Source: Camelus ferus
Taxonomy: Eukaryota
Length of the DNA stretch: 64,000 bases
NCBI RefSeq assembly: GCF_009834535.1
Contig: NC_045707.1
Coordinates: forward strand, 56,484,001-56,548,000
Direction: 5' to 3'
The position numbers and the translations under genes are program-made. The notes below the pieces were generated by a model that had not been told where the DNA came from, did no database searches, and was given only the letters and a program-made list of their open reading frames with translations. This document shows positions 13,354 to 27,005 of this stretch, piece after piece (within the stretch, counting starts at the first letter, position 1; every line of letters starts with the position of its first letter).

Positions 13354-13452
13354 TACAACTGAATCACTTTGCTATACAGCTGAAACTAACACATTGTAAA
13401 TTAACTGTACTTCAATTAAAAATGGTTAATAAAAAGGCTATCTCAAAAAAAA
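13183..13452 (+). mobile_element. L1 3'UTR fragment with internal (TATACA)n
   Basis: aacaacaaggacctactatatagcacagggaactatattcaatatttt; A-rich tail. Confidence 0.9.
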
Positions 13453-13964
13453 TATTTTTGAAGTATCAAAACACCTAGTAGTTAAATATCTTTTGTTTGA
13501 AAGAAACACAAATTAATGGAATTAGGACTGTTGTAGGGACTATAGGATATAAAATATTTATTGTCCAATTATAGATGGTGGTTTAGTGTCAAAAACCAAT
13601 TAAAGAAGCTAGCTAGTATTTTATTACTGAACTTATGCTCAATTTATTCAAAATTGAACTTCAATAAAACCCCTTTTTGAACTTAAAAAATATCCTTGAA
13701 ACTTTAATTGACATCTCATATTATGCTTATTTTAAAAACAAAGAATTCAACAGTTACATAAAAATATAGAAATATAAAGGATAAAAAAACAATACACACT
13801 GTAATTTCTTCCTTTCTGATACAAGATAAGATTATATTATGTACATTTTTCTGCATCTTTTGTCATGTTACAGTACTTTTTCACTGTGATAATCCATCTA
13901 AACCAGCTAAAAACAATCAGGTAAACGAATGCATTCTTTTTGGGATTAGCTAACATCCTATGAC

Positions 13965-14134
13965 ATGGCTTTATCACAGTGATACATGTTTGGCAATGAT
14001 TAGAGATATTTTTAATTGTATGACTTACAGGAAGGGTGGGAAGTGCTACTGGCATCTAATCGGTAAAATCCTCCATTGTAACAAAAATGGATCCAGTACA
14101 TAATGTCAAGAGTGTCAATTTTGAGAAACTCTGC
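13965..14134 (+). mobile_element. MER20-like hAT DNA transposon
   Basis: tttggcaatg...gtgctactggcatctaa...aatgtcaagagtgtcaattttgagaaactctg. Confidence 0.7.
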
Positions 14135-14736
14135 TTAATGGTATCTCACCTCATCTCTTTCCTTTCTGATTTTTTTAATATCAATTTGCAAAAAATCCAT
14201 TTCCTGTTTTGGTTATAAAAGTCTTTTCAGACACTAGGTTTCAAACACAGTCTTTTATGTTTTCTTCTAATATTTGTATTCTCTTTACATTTAAGGTTGT
14301 AATCAATCCATTTTTTGTTTATTTGTTTTATGTTGTGGTTTGGAGTTTCAAGGCAAAAAGCCAATTTTCTAGTACCATTGATTAAATAATCTAACTTCTT
14401 TCTCACTGAATTAAGATGCTATTGCTGGATGCTTAGGGACCTTTATTTTTGTTTCATCGATTTATTTGCAAATTTTTATGCCAGCAGCTCATAGTTTTGA
14501 TTAGATTAATTTTAACATCTGGTAAGGCATTATAATCATTTAAATAATTGGTCAGGCTAATCCTCCCTTACTGTTACTATTTCATTTTTTTTGTCTATTT
14601 TCTATACTTAATTATTTTTACATAATCTTTAAGATAATTTGGTCAAATTTTAAAAAATAATTGGGCATTCTATTTCAGCTTGAATTATAGCTGTCACACT
14701 TACTATCTCTGCTTACTTTCTCTTGTTTCGCTTTCA

Positions 14737-14811
14737 ATTCCTAAAAGTAAGTGTTGAGTTGCTTAACTTTAGATTCCTCAAAGTAAGTGTTGAGTTGCTT
14801 AACTTTAGATT
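14737..14811. repeat. 36-bp tandem duplication, 1 mismatch
   Basis: attcct(a/c)aaagtaagtgttgagttgcttaactttag starting at 14737 and 14773. Confidence 0.95.
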
Positions 14812-15229
14812 TTCTTCTAAATAACAAAAGCATTTAAGCCTATAAATTTTTGCTGAAATAATAGATTTTAGCTATGTCCCATAGATCCTGGTGATGAATT
14901 CTGTACCTTTCATTGCTCTCTTTCTCTATCTATAAATTTATATCTATACCTATATGTAAAAACATATCAATAAACATATAAAACATGTGTATTAATATAA
15001 AATGTACTAATCTAAATATTAAAATGTATAGTTATATCAATATATTAAAATTGCATCACAAGCAAGTATATGATCAAATTTTAAAACATTCTACTTATGT
15101 GTATGCTTTAAATCAAATTTTATTCATTGTATTATTCAATTTTTTATATCCTTTTTTTTTGTCTACATGATCTCTCTGAATCTTAAAAATTTTGAAATCC
15201 AGTATTATAATGGTACTTGTTAAATAAAC

Positions 15230-16960
15230 ATTTCCTTGAAGCTTAACACAGTACAGAAAGATGCACAAATAAAATGTATGCAGCTTGATCTTAATGAATT
15301 ATCACAAAATGAACATACTCATTTTTCATCATCCAAGTCAAGAATGGAACATTACTGAAATCCCAGAGCCCAACTATTGCTCTTTCCCACTCAATAACAC
15401 CCTCCTTATCTCAAAGTAGAACTATTAACATTGCCTCTCATATGATAAATTACTATTGCTTATCTTTGAAATGTATATAATTGTAATGTTGTAAATATAA
15501 TATTTTAAAATAGCAGATTATACTGGATACATTATATTATAGGTTTAGTAATTAGATAATAATCATTCATACAATATACTATACAGAATCTATTTGCTCC
15601 TTTTAAAGTGTTGTTAATAACTTCCTCCATCACTCTCTAGTTTTCCACTGGATACATTTACTAAAACTTATTTATCTGACCTACTGTTGATGGATACTTG
15701 AGTTATTTCCAGTTTTGACTCTTACAAATAATACTGTTATAAATGTACTTATATATGTACCTTGATGTATATGTGTGTGAATCTCTTCTGCATATATATT
15801 TAGTAGTAGAATAACATTGCCATAGGGCATGCCTATGTTCAGCTTTAGTATATACCACCAAACAGTTTTCCAACGTAATTATGCCAATTTATATTCCTAC
15901 TAGTGGAGTGTGGAAAGCTCCTGTTGCTCTGCAACCTAACCAATACTTGATGTTGTCAATCTTTTCAATTTTTTTTCATTCTAGCACTTGTGCAGTTGTA
16001 TTTCATTTAGGTTTTTATTTGAATTTTCCTGAAGTCTAATCTCATGTATTTATTGCCTATTATATATTGTATTTAAGTTTCTTGCTTATTTTTCTATTTG
16101 GATTGACTTTTTTTAAATTATAAAGTTTGTTATTTATTTTAGATGCAAGCCCTTTTTCATTTGCATGGAACATTTATCTTTTTCCTTTATAGTTAATATT
16201 TTTTCTTCATTTTTAAAAAGCCTTTTCCTATCTGAATTTTAAAAGATATTCTCTTATGTTTTCTTCTAGAAGAGTTATTGTTTGACATCTCACAAGTACC
16301 ACCACTTGGAATTAATTTTTTGTGTGTGTGAGAGGTAAAGATAAAATCAAGTGTTATCTTTTATATAAGTATTCAATTGAACAGTCATAATTTTATTTAC
16401 TTGTTTTTTTAAAGTAGGATTTATTTTTTAGAGTAGTTTTAGATTTGCAGCAAAGTTGAGCAGAAAGTACAGAGAGTTTTTACATGCTTCTTGCCTCTAC
16501 ACATGCATAGCCTCTACTATCAACATCTGCACCAGAGTGGTACAGTTTTTACAACTGATGAATCTATGTTGACACATCATTACCACCATCCAAAATTCAT
16601 AGTTCACATTAGGGTTTAATATTGATGCTGTATATTCTGTGGACTTTTGATGCTGATCTAAGTGGTGTTATTTTTTAAAATTTGTTTTGTAATGTGTGAT
16701 GATAGCACGTAGAAATACAATACTTTAAAAATGATTTTATCTAGCAATCTTGATAAATTTATTTTTGGATTAAATTTTTTTCTATATATTTTTATGGAAT
16801 TTCTAACATACTATCATGTTATCTGCAAATAATGTTATATTCCTTTTTTGATTTTTCAGGGTTTTTTGTTTTTTTTCTATTCTTATAACTTGCATTTACT
16901 TTTCTTGCCTTAGTGCTCTGGCTATGTTGGCCAGTACAAAGCTGAACAGGAATTAGGATA
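15230..16960 (-). mobile_element. Old L1M 3'-region fragments, with a different L1M 3' end nested at ~16400-16650
   Basis: ctactgttgatggatacttgagttatttccagtttt; agatttgcagcaaagttgagcagaaagtacagagag; atcatgttatctgcaaataat. Confidence 0.65.
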
Positions 16961-18309
16961 TGCTTTATTTTTCCAAAAATTTTTATCAGCTGAACTTGAA
17001 TTTCCAGAAATCTAGGGGAGGAGATGAGGAAGGATGGCATTAAGATAGTGCATTCATACTTCAGCAATCCAAATTATTTGAGGATCAGTTTGTTTTGTCT
17101 CTGTCTGGATATAGGATCACTTTCCAGTTTCTGGGCCTTTTGTCTAATAGCCAGAGTGCCTTAATTTCACTGGTAGTTACAGTGAGAGGCACAAGGGTTG
17201 CTAGTTTCATGGGTTACAGGTTCACTTGCAAGCAATTTTTTCACTGTCTGTTCTCTTTTCTTTTCAAAAGCTAGTACTCTCTCAGTGACAATAACAGAGA
17301 TAAATCAACTTGTCCATCTGGCTTCTCCTCAAGTCTTTGGGGGAATTGTTTTCTAAAGAATAAACATTAGCATGACTATGTGTAAGCCAGGCTCTCTTTA
17401 GAATCAAGTCTCTGTTCAATTCTCTACTGCTCGTACCTCGACCCTTGTCTATATCATTTCTCTCCTTCAGGATCCCATCAGTGCCCAAGTCTTTGTTTTC
17501 CTCCTCCAGGCACTAGAACCCACTTGGTTTGAGAGGCGTGGAGTAGAGGGATTATATTTGCTGGACAAGGCCTGAAATATCCATCTTCCTCATCTCTCAT
17601 TTAGAAAGAACAGTAGCTGTTTCAGCTTTTTTGTGTGTACAAGGATAGTGACTATTTTCTATTAAGTTGTCTACTTACTTTATCCTATTTTTAGATATTC
17701 TGAAAAAAAGGGGAATTTTATGCATTGTAATAGGTAGGAAAAAAATCTCTATTTTCAAGTAATGTCCTTTTGATAAAGTTAAGTGCTGCAGTTCTTTGAA
17801 AAAATATTACAAACAACCCATTTGAATGCTGAATTGTGAGCATTAATGGTTATTTATAGTGAAGGCCATGTCTAGTAAATTCCTTGAATTCTTTGGAAGA
17901 CAGTATTGGTAGAATTCTTATTAGGAATATGCTTTCTATGAGACTTTAATAGTAGTTCTATTTTTATTTGGGAAGAAATGAAACTTATAATACTAATTTT
18001 CTCACTTAATGGATTTTCTTCCCTTAAATAGGCCAAATTCTCTAATCTGGGGTGTGAAACAGCTTGCTTTGGCCTATGTAGGAAAGTGTGCTTACACTAT
18101 ATAGGGGAGGAAAAATTCAAGTAAAATATGATTTTTAACCTCTCTTTGGGAACTGAAGAAATCTATCCCTAATTTTCTTTCATGTCACAATTTGAAGGTT
18201 GTTTTTGTAGAATCAAGGCTTTGAAATTGCACATGAACTATTGTCTATGGAGTGTCAATTGGTGAGATAGGACATAATTTTTTAAATGCATGAGGAAACA
18301 CAAAGGATA

Positions 18310-18600
18310 TGTTTTTATTGATTTAATAAGTATTTCATTGTATGCCTACTCTATGTTAGGCACTCTCCTAATCACTAAAAAAAGCAAGACAGATGAAATT
18401 TAGATAACTTCAATTTATATGTATGGAAAGATAATAAATAGAAAAACTAATACATGTATAACACAGTATCTGGATAACTTCAATTTATATGTATGGAAAG
18501 ATAATAAATAGAAAAACTAATACATGTATAACACAGTATCTGGCAATGACAAGTATAATGAAGGAAAATAAAGCAGGGAAGGGGCATAGAGTTGAGTGCA
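18310..18600 (-). mobile_element. L2 3' relic containing a 70-bp duplication
   Basis: aataagtatttcattgtatgcctactctatgttaggcact, antisense of the L2 3' end. Confidence 0.6.
18403..18543. repeat. Perfect 70-bp tandem duplication
   Basis: gataacttcaattt...acacagtatctg identical at 18403-18472 and 18473-18542. Confidence 0.97.
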
Positions 18601-19199
18601 TTTTAGACAGGACACTGTCATCTTGGGTAGCAGTTTGTATGTGTGTGTGTGTATATATATACATATCAAACCCAAAGCCAGTCTGATTTAGCAAATCCAA
18701 TTACTTACTGTATACACACATACACACACGTATACATGTGTAGTTTTTTATAAAATAATCCATTTGAATTTGAAATTTGTTGCTATATATTTATATATAA
18801 TATTTACTTACGATTGTATCTCTTCGTCTGTGGTTGTGTTTTCTTTTTTGTTTTCATCCTTTTTTTTTTTTGCTTTCTCATTTTTATACCACTTGGTTGA
18901 TATAGTATTTCATTGGTCTTCTAAAAAATAAAAATAAGAAAGCCTTGATTTTAATTTATCCTTTCTAAATTTTTGTCTTCTATTTCCTAAATTTCAGTCT
19001 GTATCCTTATTTTCTCCTTCTATACTTTCTTTTAAATATCTTCTAATTTATCAAAATGACTCATGAGTTTTCTCTATTCTAGGCTTTATTCTTAGTAAGT
19101 AATTCATTGATGTCTACATATTTTCTTTTGAACAATATAATAGATACACGCTCCTAAGCACATTTCATAGGTGACCTTGAAAGATAATAAACAAAGAAG

Positions 19200-20150
19200 A
19201 ATCTTCTAAATGCAAAGCCAGGGGCCATGGAAGACAGTGATAAGGAAATTTCACAAAGTAGAAGATGCTAAATGAGCTTTCCAGGTGATGACTCCATCAT
19301 AGCTAGATATGGAGTCTGCAATTTCTGAAAAGGAGGAATTGATAACCACTGTGGACCAGTAACTCTTGGTATTTTCCATGCTCCCTTTTCCAAATGGGTG
19401 CTTTCTTTATTGCCATCCTGTTATAACTCCACCACTGTATATTAATTATCTGGCTGAGAAATATAGGTAGGTGATCTTTAAAATATTCCTCATTAGACTC
19501 TGTGGAGCCACCTCCAGGTGTGGTGGAAAAAATTAATAAACCAGAGGGGCTAGACTTTGTGATGGATGCACTAAATGTATTGGATTTGGGGAGTTATCTC
19601 CCGGGAATGAGGCAAGTGTAATTTGTCTTCTGAAAGCAGAGTGCACATGGATATTTAGATTACCAAAACATGGACTATGAAAGAGATTACTAATTAGCTC
19701 CCAATATCCTTTTTTACCTAACTGCACAGTAGTAGAATTTTAGGTAGTCAAATGCTTCATCACCCTAGTTGGAGATTTTATTTGTTGTCCTCTTTGTTGC
19801 TAAATGTACCATGTGACAAAGGACAGAGCACTGTTGTGAATGGAAAAAATATGTCCAATTACTGTGTCATGTGCTAAAATGGAAGTGTGTGCCTTCCCCA
19901 TGCTCTTCTTCCCTTCCTGCTGCTGGAAGCAGTTATGATGGTGTAAACTGGAGTGTCACTCTAGACAGGTGGATGGAACCTGTACAAAGATGGTGGGGCA
20001 ATATGGGTACCTGTCAATTGTGGAGTTGCATGCTTACCCTGAACTTTCTACATGGACATAGACATGACGTATAATTTAAATACCTGTTTTGCTTAAGATA
20101 TTAAGTGTGGGTCTTCGTTACAGCAGTTGAAACTGTATCCTAAGTAATAT
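19200..20150 (+). mobile_element. MaLR internal 3' end (to ~19670) plus MLT1-type LTR
   Basis: LTR end gcttaagatattaagtgtgggtcttcgttacagcagttgaaactgtatcctaagtaata; MLT1-int-like text upstream. Confidence 0.55.
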
Positions 20151-21069
20151 CAATGAGGAGGAGCATTCCTGGAGGAAGAAACAGAAGTATTGTGGCCCTG
20201 GGGCTGAAATATGCTCACAGTTTTAAGGATGAGCTATGATTTCTGCTTGGCTGGAGTACATTTTGCAAAAGGTTGAGACAAAGAAAGTGAAGTCAGAGAG
20301 GTGACAGGAATTGGCTGTGTGAACCTTCTATCATAGATTTTATTGGGTATTATTCTCAGGGTTCTTAGAAGCCATTGGAATTTTGAGAGCTGACGTGAGT
20401 TGATTTAGGCTTTAGAAAATGCATGAAGTGTGAAGTCTTATTCTATGGATCTAAGACTATCAAAATTTCTGACTCAAAAAAACAAGTATGTCTTTTAGTC
20501 TCATAGTAATTCAAGAAAAAAAAACAACTGAGGCCTTGCCCCTCATTAGTTATTATCTCATTATTGCCAAGAACATCTTTTAAAATCTGTCCCATTATTC
20601 TTCTGCTTAAAAACCTTTGATAGTTACCCAAGGATAAAGATTTTTTAATATTTTCACAACACACCTAACTGGCCTGGTTTTCTGACATTTCCTCATACCA
20701 CAGCATGGGCACATGGAAGTACTTATACAACAAATGGGTGAATCAATAATTATTGTATGTCATCTGTGATCTGACAGATGGCAGACACTGGCATAAATTA
20801 TGTTGCAAAAGACAGCTGTAAACAAGAAAGACAGTATCTGCCCTCATGGAGCTTAGGGTTTTGAAGGGAAGATGTCTCAAACAGATAAATCCTGAGAATG
20901 TGTGTTCCATGTGAGCATCTACAACAGTGACATGGATGCAATAGAGGCTCAAGAAATATCTGTTGAATGTTGAATTTAAGTTTAGTGAGTCTTTTCAAAG
21001 GAGAACATAAAGAAATAACGGAGCATTTAGCAACAATATTTAACTCAATCTAAAGCTGTATTGTCTTAT

Positions 21070-21245
21070 ACCATAGCCAGCTCTTTAAATCTAAATTAAA
21101 ATTAAATACAATTAAAGATTTTGGTTCTGAGATGCATGACCATATTTCAAGCGTTCAAGAGCCACATGTGGCCAGTGGCTACTTCAAATGGACAACACAG
21201 ATATAGAATGTTTTCATCACCCCAGAAAGTTCTAATGGCAGAGAA
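21070..21245. mobile_element. MER3/MER33-like hAT MITE
   Basis: catatttcaagcgttcaagagccacatgtggccagtggctac...gatatagaatgttttcatcaccccagaaagttct. Confidence 0.75.
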
Positions 21246-21599
21246 TCATGCCAGTGAAGCTGGTCTATAGGATCATAAAAGACTTTTTGGAGAAAGTAGC
21301 CTGGATACTACGACCTGAAAGCATACATACCAAGAGTAGCATGAATTGCTGGGGAGTGGTCTTCACTGATGGAGAGAAGTATTTTATTACTTAAGTTGTT
21401 TATAATTGTCAGAGCAGTTTTAATAAAAAGTAGGCCAACTTTTAGACAGTTTTTTTTGTTATTTTTAAATTATCTATAAATAATGCACCCCTTATTGCCT
21501 GTACCTGGGGCAGACTGTTCTCATAGCACCCACCCTTCACTTCAGTGCACATTGTCTAAAAGACATTCAGGAACTAGTTAAATGGTGATGGTGCAGTGG

Positions 21600-22200
21600 A
21601 GACTGTTAAAAGCAGAGGAAACAGCACCTGTGAAAGTCCTGGGGTAGGAGGATACCTTGTCCTGTTCAAAGATATGAAATGAATCTAATATTGTTATAAC
21701 TTAGAGAGCTGGGATGTGGGGATGGGATCATGTTTGAGATGATTCTTGGCAGTTACGGAAAGTTTAGATTGTATACAACTTTGTAATTCATTTTAAGGAT
21801 TTTAATCTTTAAGCTAAATGTAACAGAAAAGCATCAAAGGATTCAAAGGAGGTGTGACACGCCCCTATGGGCACTTTGAAGAAATCCTTTTGTTTCTTGA
21901 ACAGATCATTAATCGTGAGGCAGGAAGGATGGGTAGAGGAGAAAGATGCTATTAAATTAGGTCAGCAGTAGGTTTATTAAAATAATCTGGGTAAGAGATG
22001 ATGATAGCTTGGACTATGATGGTGTCAGGAGATGTGCAGCTAAGTAGATACATCTGAGGTGTGTTTTGTAGTGGACAGCATGTTGTAGTGGGCAGTGAGG
22101 ACAAGAGAGAGTTAAAGATGACTGACTGATCTCTGGTTTGTACAGTTCTGAGTGCCACCTACTGAAATGAAGATTTTTGAGCCACTAATTTTGAGCTGCC
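21600..22200 (-). mobile_element. L2 relic
   Basis: agagatgatgatagcttggactatgatggtg...gagagttaaagatgact. Confidence 0.6.
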
Positions 22201-22939
22201 TTTGAAACAATTTCATTTTTTGTGGCTGTTTGCTATTTTGCACAGTTTCTTCTCTGTGAAAGACCTTCCCCTCCTCAGGACTCATTTTCTCAGTATAGTT
22301 TTGGCAGAGGGCCCCAGGGTAATGAATTTCTCACTCATTTATGATTCTGTAATAATTTATAAGTAACCTGAGTGTAGGAGCAATCATATTATACAGTCTT
22401 GTTTGCATCCCCCAATAGATGGTAAGCTTCCTGAGGGAAGTTACTAATTCTTACTTATTATTTTACTTCTGGTATAGCACAAGGATGTAACAGTGTGGAA
22501 GAAAGTCACGAACATCAGTTATAAGTCTTTGTTCAGAATGTTAGAATGTGAGAACTCTTTCAAAGGCATGTTCTATTTTGGGAAAGAAAGGCAGAAAGTT
22601 TTCATAGACTTATAGTCAAAGGGGTCAGCCAAAGTTCTGCTAATTTCTGGAACATATGGTCAAATATGGTTCTAGGAGGAATGAGAAATTATTCTTGTGG
22701 TTTAGCAGCTATGAGTTGGGCAACTTAAGTTTAGCAAAAGGGGAGAGGAAGAAAAATCGGGGGCTAAGGTCATGAGAGGGCCATGATTAAAATTTTTCAG
22801 TCCTTCCATTCTTTCAAATCAAAACTGTTAAATTCTTTTTTTTTTTTGGATGAATAAATACGAAAAACTCTTATAGTTCTCTTTCCCTAGACCTCACTAT
22901 TTCTTCACAGCTGGAGGAAAAGTTCTTCTACGAGGTACG

Positions 22940-23322
22940 GTAAAACATAGCTGACTTAACAAATAGACCCTGACATCGCTGTCTTAGTACACCAGAACTT
23001 TATTTCTCATTCAAGTCCTAGATCACTGTTAGTATTTCCATCCGTGTGAGCTTCTATGTGGTCTTTCTGGGCTCCTAACTCCTCAAGGTCTTCATATTTC
23101 TCTCTAGTGGGTCCTAAGGTAGAGACCCTAAAAAGGGATCATACGGGAGAACTTTTTAATTTTCTAAGCCCAGGAGAGGAGGCTATTACTTCTGTCCATG
23201 TTCCGTTCACCAGAACTCAGTCATACGGTCATACCTAAACGCAAGGGAGTCTTGGCGATATGACATAGTCATATATCCAGGAGGAGGAGGAAATGGGTGA
23301 GCATATAGCAATTTTTGCTACA
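22940..23322 (-). mobile_element. MaLR LTR (MLT1 family)
   Basis: ccagaactcagtcatacggtcatacctaaacgcaagggag...aatttttgctaca. Confidence 0.65.
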
Positions 23323-23531
23323 GTTTTAAATAAACTTTATGCATAAATGAGTGAATGAATAAATTAAATTTTAAATTTCATAGAAATTTAAACAGATCTA
23401 AAAACATAATTTCTTTCCTCCTGTGAGGGTATTTTCTTGGTGTTTTGTTTGATGGAGATTTTGGGTAGTTAGCTAGTCAAGATGTCTGAGTTAAATTAAG
23501 AACAAAGAATGTTCAAGGGCAATTATTTATT

Positions 23532-23658
23532 TATTTTATTTTTATTTTTGTAGGGGGAGGTAATTTATATTTATTTCACTGGAGGTACTGGGGATTGAAC
23601 TCATGACCTTGTGCATGCTAAGCATGCAATCTACCACTGAGCTATACCCCCACCTCCT
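23532..23658 (-). mobile_element. tRNA-Ala-derived SINE (camelid Vic-1 type)
   Basis: Antisense reads gggggtatagctcagtggtagattgcatgcttagcatgcacaaggtcatgagttcaatccccagtacctcca, then aattacctcccc and an A-rich tail; TSD ggcaatta(t/c)ttatt at 23518-23531 and 23659-23672. Confidence 0.9.
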
Positions 23659-24935
23659 GGCAATTACTTATTGACAGGAGACACAAGTAATGTAGGCACG
23701 TCTATTTTGCTTCTTTCCTCCTGCTTATAATGTAATCAATGCAAAAATCAAATGTTAGGGTGGTTTTTCTTCCTAATACACAAATTTGGTCTTGGGTTCA
23801 ATTAGTTATTGTACAGAATTCCTTGTAACCAGAATAAAAAGTTGAATTATAGTCTTAACTGAATGAGTAATGTGGCAAATGACAATCTATATGAATATAA
23901 TCATCACTTAAACACTCACAAATCATTCAAGTTAATCTTCCAGTAGAGTATTACGTGATTTTTATTCATTCTCTGAACATAATATAGACTACCTTAATCT
24001 TATTTTTAAAAGTTCACTGTAAATTAATCTTTGATACATCAAAGAAATTATATTCAGTTTCTTTAATATGTCTCTAACAAATATCATTGCCCACATAGTA
24101 GTTACACTTTAAGTTATTTGAATTCAGAAAGTTTCTACCTGAAATAACCAAAGAATTTCAACTAAAGATAAACCAGGAAAACATTCCAGTTTTTTTTTTT
24201 TAACCTGGAAGGCGTATGTATGCTTTTCTTTCATGATACTGTAGCATTTTGGAAAATAAAATCACCTTTGTGACTTTTGATTTATGCAAGTGTCATTTTG
24301 TCCTTGAGTTGCAAAATAACTAGGATTACAAATCCCACCAACCTAGGGGTTACTCATAATTAGTTGATTTTCTACTGTTACAGTAAGAAGTTGCCAGGGT
24401 CGAAATATATAATTTGATAAAAATCAAAGCATCTGAGAACTAGAAGATATATAAAAAGTCACCTAGTCAAACATTCTCATCTTATAGATTAGGAAACAAG
24501 TTTAGAAGATAAAGTGACCGGACTTCAGTCCTAGAACTCTGCAGCAACAAAGTGGAGGTTGACCACACTCATACTCACAGTCCAGGTTATTTCCATTAAG
24601 TCATCAAATTTAAACTTAATATATATAAAACCCTCCAATCGAGTATATATTAATAGTTTTGTTCTCAGCATGTGTATGCATTTGTGGTTGTAATGAATAT
24701 ATGGAATGGATAAAGTCAACATTGATAGATAATTATACAAATATTTCAGTGAGTATTATTTTCACTCTTTTACTATTAAGATCTCTTAGTGAAATGTGTG
24801 CGTGTTTTATGGTGGGAGAGCCTTGTGTCTTTGGGTGTGGTAAGGGTTAAACAGGAGTTATTCAAAATGTGAATATTCCCAGAGAAAACTGATGCAATTA
24901 TTGCAATTCTCTCACATACATACATGCACACCTGT

Positions 24936-24936
<1 letters not shown>

Positions 24937-24980
<44 letters not shown>
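24937..24980. repeat. (CA)n microsatellite
   Basis: Direct read. Confidence 0.98.
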
Positions 24981-25689
24981 TTTTGACCAAGTGTTGTCTT
25001 TTTTGGTCAGTGATTCTTATCAATTATAGTTATCACTATTAGTACTTAATTGCTCATTATTCAGTCATTCACACATTTACTCACTTAACAAATAAACATA
25101 TTGAGTATATACTGTTTACCAGGCACTAGAGGTGCTTAGTGGAGCTTTTAACAGACATACAGAGATATGGAAAAAGATGTTAGAGTCCTGAACTCACCTA
25201 TATACACATTAGAACTTCTAAGGGCTGCGCCATAGAAGTAAGGATAAAGTGGAAGCAAAGAGATCCTTCCAGGGAATTGCAGCTTAGCTTTGAATGATCT
25301 TAATCTCTGAAATTGGGTTTGGGTGATCCCAGTGTGACTGTGCCCCTAGGAGACTAGAAGTAGTATACTTTAATTCTCTCTGGAAGAAGATAACTTTAGG
25401 ATACAAATTTTTTCTACCAACTATTTTTCAAATACAATGCGTGACACTAAAAACCTAAACAAGAGGGACCAATGCAGAAAAAAAAATAAAACAGTAAAAA
25501 CACTTGTAACATTCAGGTCCTATGATATTAAGGGAACTGGATTGGGAAAAGATGTTCTGTTGAGTCTATGGGAAGCCGCAGTTGTAAAATCACAAACTAT
25601 TCCTGGAGTTCTGGAAGAAGGTCATGGCATATGCAGTAGATAATTATGTGCCTTTTGAAAGGTAGTTTCTGAAGTGCATTTGTCCCTGA

Positions 25690-26735
25690 TAAAGATAGAG
25701 TGCCTAACCATAAGAAATGAAATGGCCATTTATCCAGAACTATCTACCATGAGACCTAAGAGATCCACAAAGTCATAAGGTCAGGCAAGAATGGTACTAA
25801 TTTCATAAGGTGAAAGCGCTAAATCCAGACTGAACATGAGCAGGACCCAATGGCACAAGCCAACTGCATGAGCAGATGGCCTGGATCCCCACATCATCTC
25901 CCACTGCTGTCTGATCCCTTTCCTCAGCTAATAACTATAGCTATTTAGGAGATCCCTTATAAGCAGCTGATAGAGAAGAAAAGTTCCTGAGCTGAGTTGG
26001 CTTGGCATCTGGGGGTAAGGAAAAAGTGGATAGCAAGCACAACAGTCTTGTTTAGGAGTGGCATTGAAAGGCCACAGTCAAAAGAAAATCCTCTCAGTAG
26101 GTGGAGCTTTGCACAGTACATGTGCGTGCCTCAAGGTAAGAATACATGTAGACTCACAGGCAGTGACAAATGGCCGACCTGAGGGAGACAGATAGGAAGA
26201 TAAGGAACAAAAAAGGACTGGGGTAGAGGCATATTTATGGATATATGGGAGTGGGAAGAAAGTATAAAGATTTTTGTGTCATGTATTTTCTGTGCAAGAG
26301 AGCATCGACCACGGATGAGGCACTAAACAAGTAGACTAAGCCAAGTAGACAAAATAACCTAGCCAGCTGCTATGAGGCAGCCTGTGTTGCTGGTTAACTC
26401 TAGTGCTATACTGTGAGTGCATGAATAAAAAAGCCACTTTGGCAATATTGGAGGCTATGTTTGAGCCCACTGAGGTCCGATTTCACTAATGAATGTCCAA
26501 ATTTCCAGCAGCAGAGTCCAAACTTGAGCCTATAATAAGGCACCATTTTACATGAGGCCTCTTCTTGGAAAGGCCAGCAATTTGTTCTGGCAGGAATTAA
26601 TACATTTTCTGAGTATGATTTGCCTTTCCTACCTGCAGAGCCTCAACCAATATCACTATCTGAGAGTTTAGGTAGTATTTGATTTCTGGCACAGGATCCC
26701 ATATAGCATTGCATCAAACCAGAGGTCCTACATCA
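25690..26735 (+). mobile_element. ERVL internal pol relic (RNase H to integrase), heavily decayed
   Basis: Residual peptides ECPNFQQQSPNLS, SWKGQQFVLAGINTFS, FAFPTCRAS, IPYSIASNQ match ERVL integrase (ECPxCQQQRPTLS, WKGQRFVLTGIDTYS, IPHSIASDQG). Confidence 0.8.
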
Positions 26736-26761
26736 TAATATATTTCACATCCTCCTACAAA

Positions 26762-26764
<3 letters not shown>

Positions 26765-26841
<77 letters not shown>
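26765..26841. repeat. Compound (AT)n(AC)n(AT)n microsatellite
   Basis: Direct read. Confidence 0.98.
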
Positions 26842-26869
26842 AAATCTGTCCACCTCATTTATTCAATGG

Positions 26870-27005
26870 TAGTATTGTAAGGTCAGACTACCTGAATTGT
26901 GTCTTGGCTTTGCTCCTCATTGCTCTGTCACTTTCTCAGTCCTTCTGCTCTCTGTTTCCTCACCTGTAAAAGAGGGATAATAATAGTGCTCATGAGTTAG
27001 GCTTT
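26870..27005 (+). mobile_element. MIR relic
   Basis: gtcagactacctg...tctgtttcctcacctgtaaaagagggataataatag. Confidence 0.7.

Noticed and set aside
23577..23652. tRNA-Ala gene
   Set aside because: Stem mismatches, SINE linker, A tail and TSD show it is a SINE.
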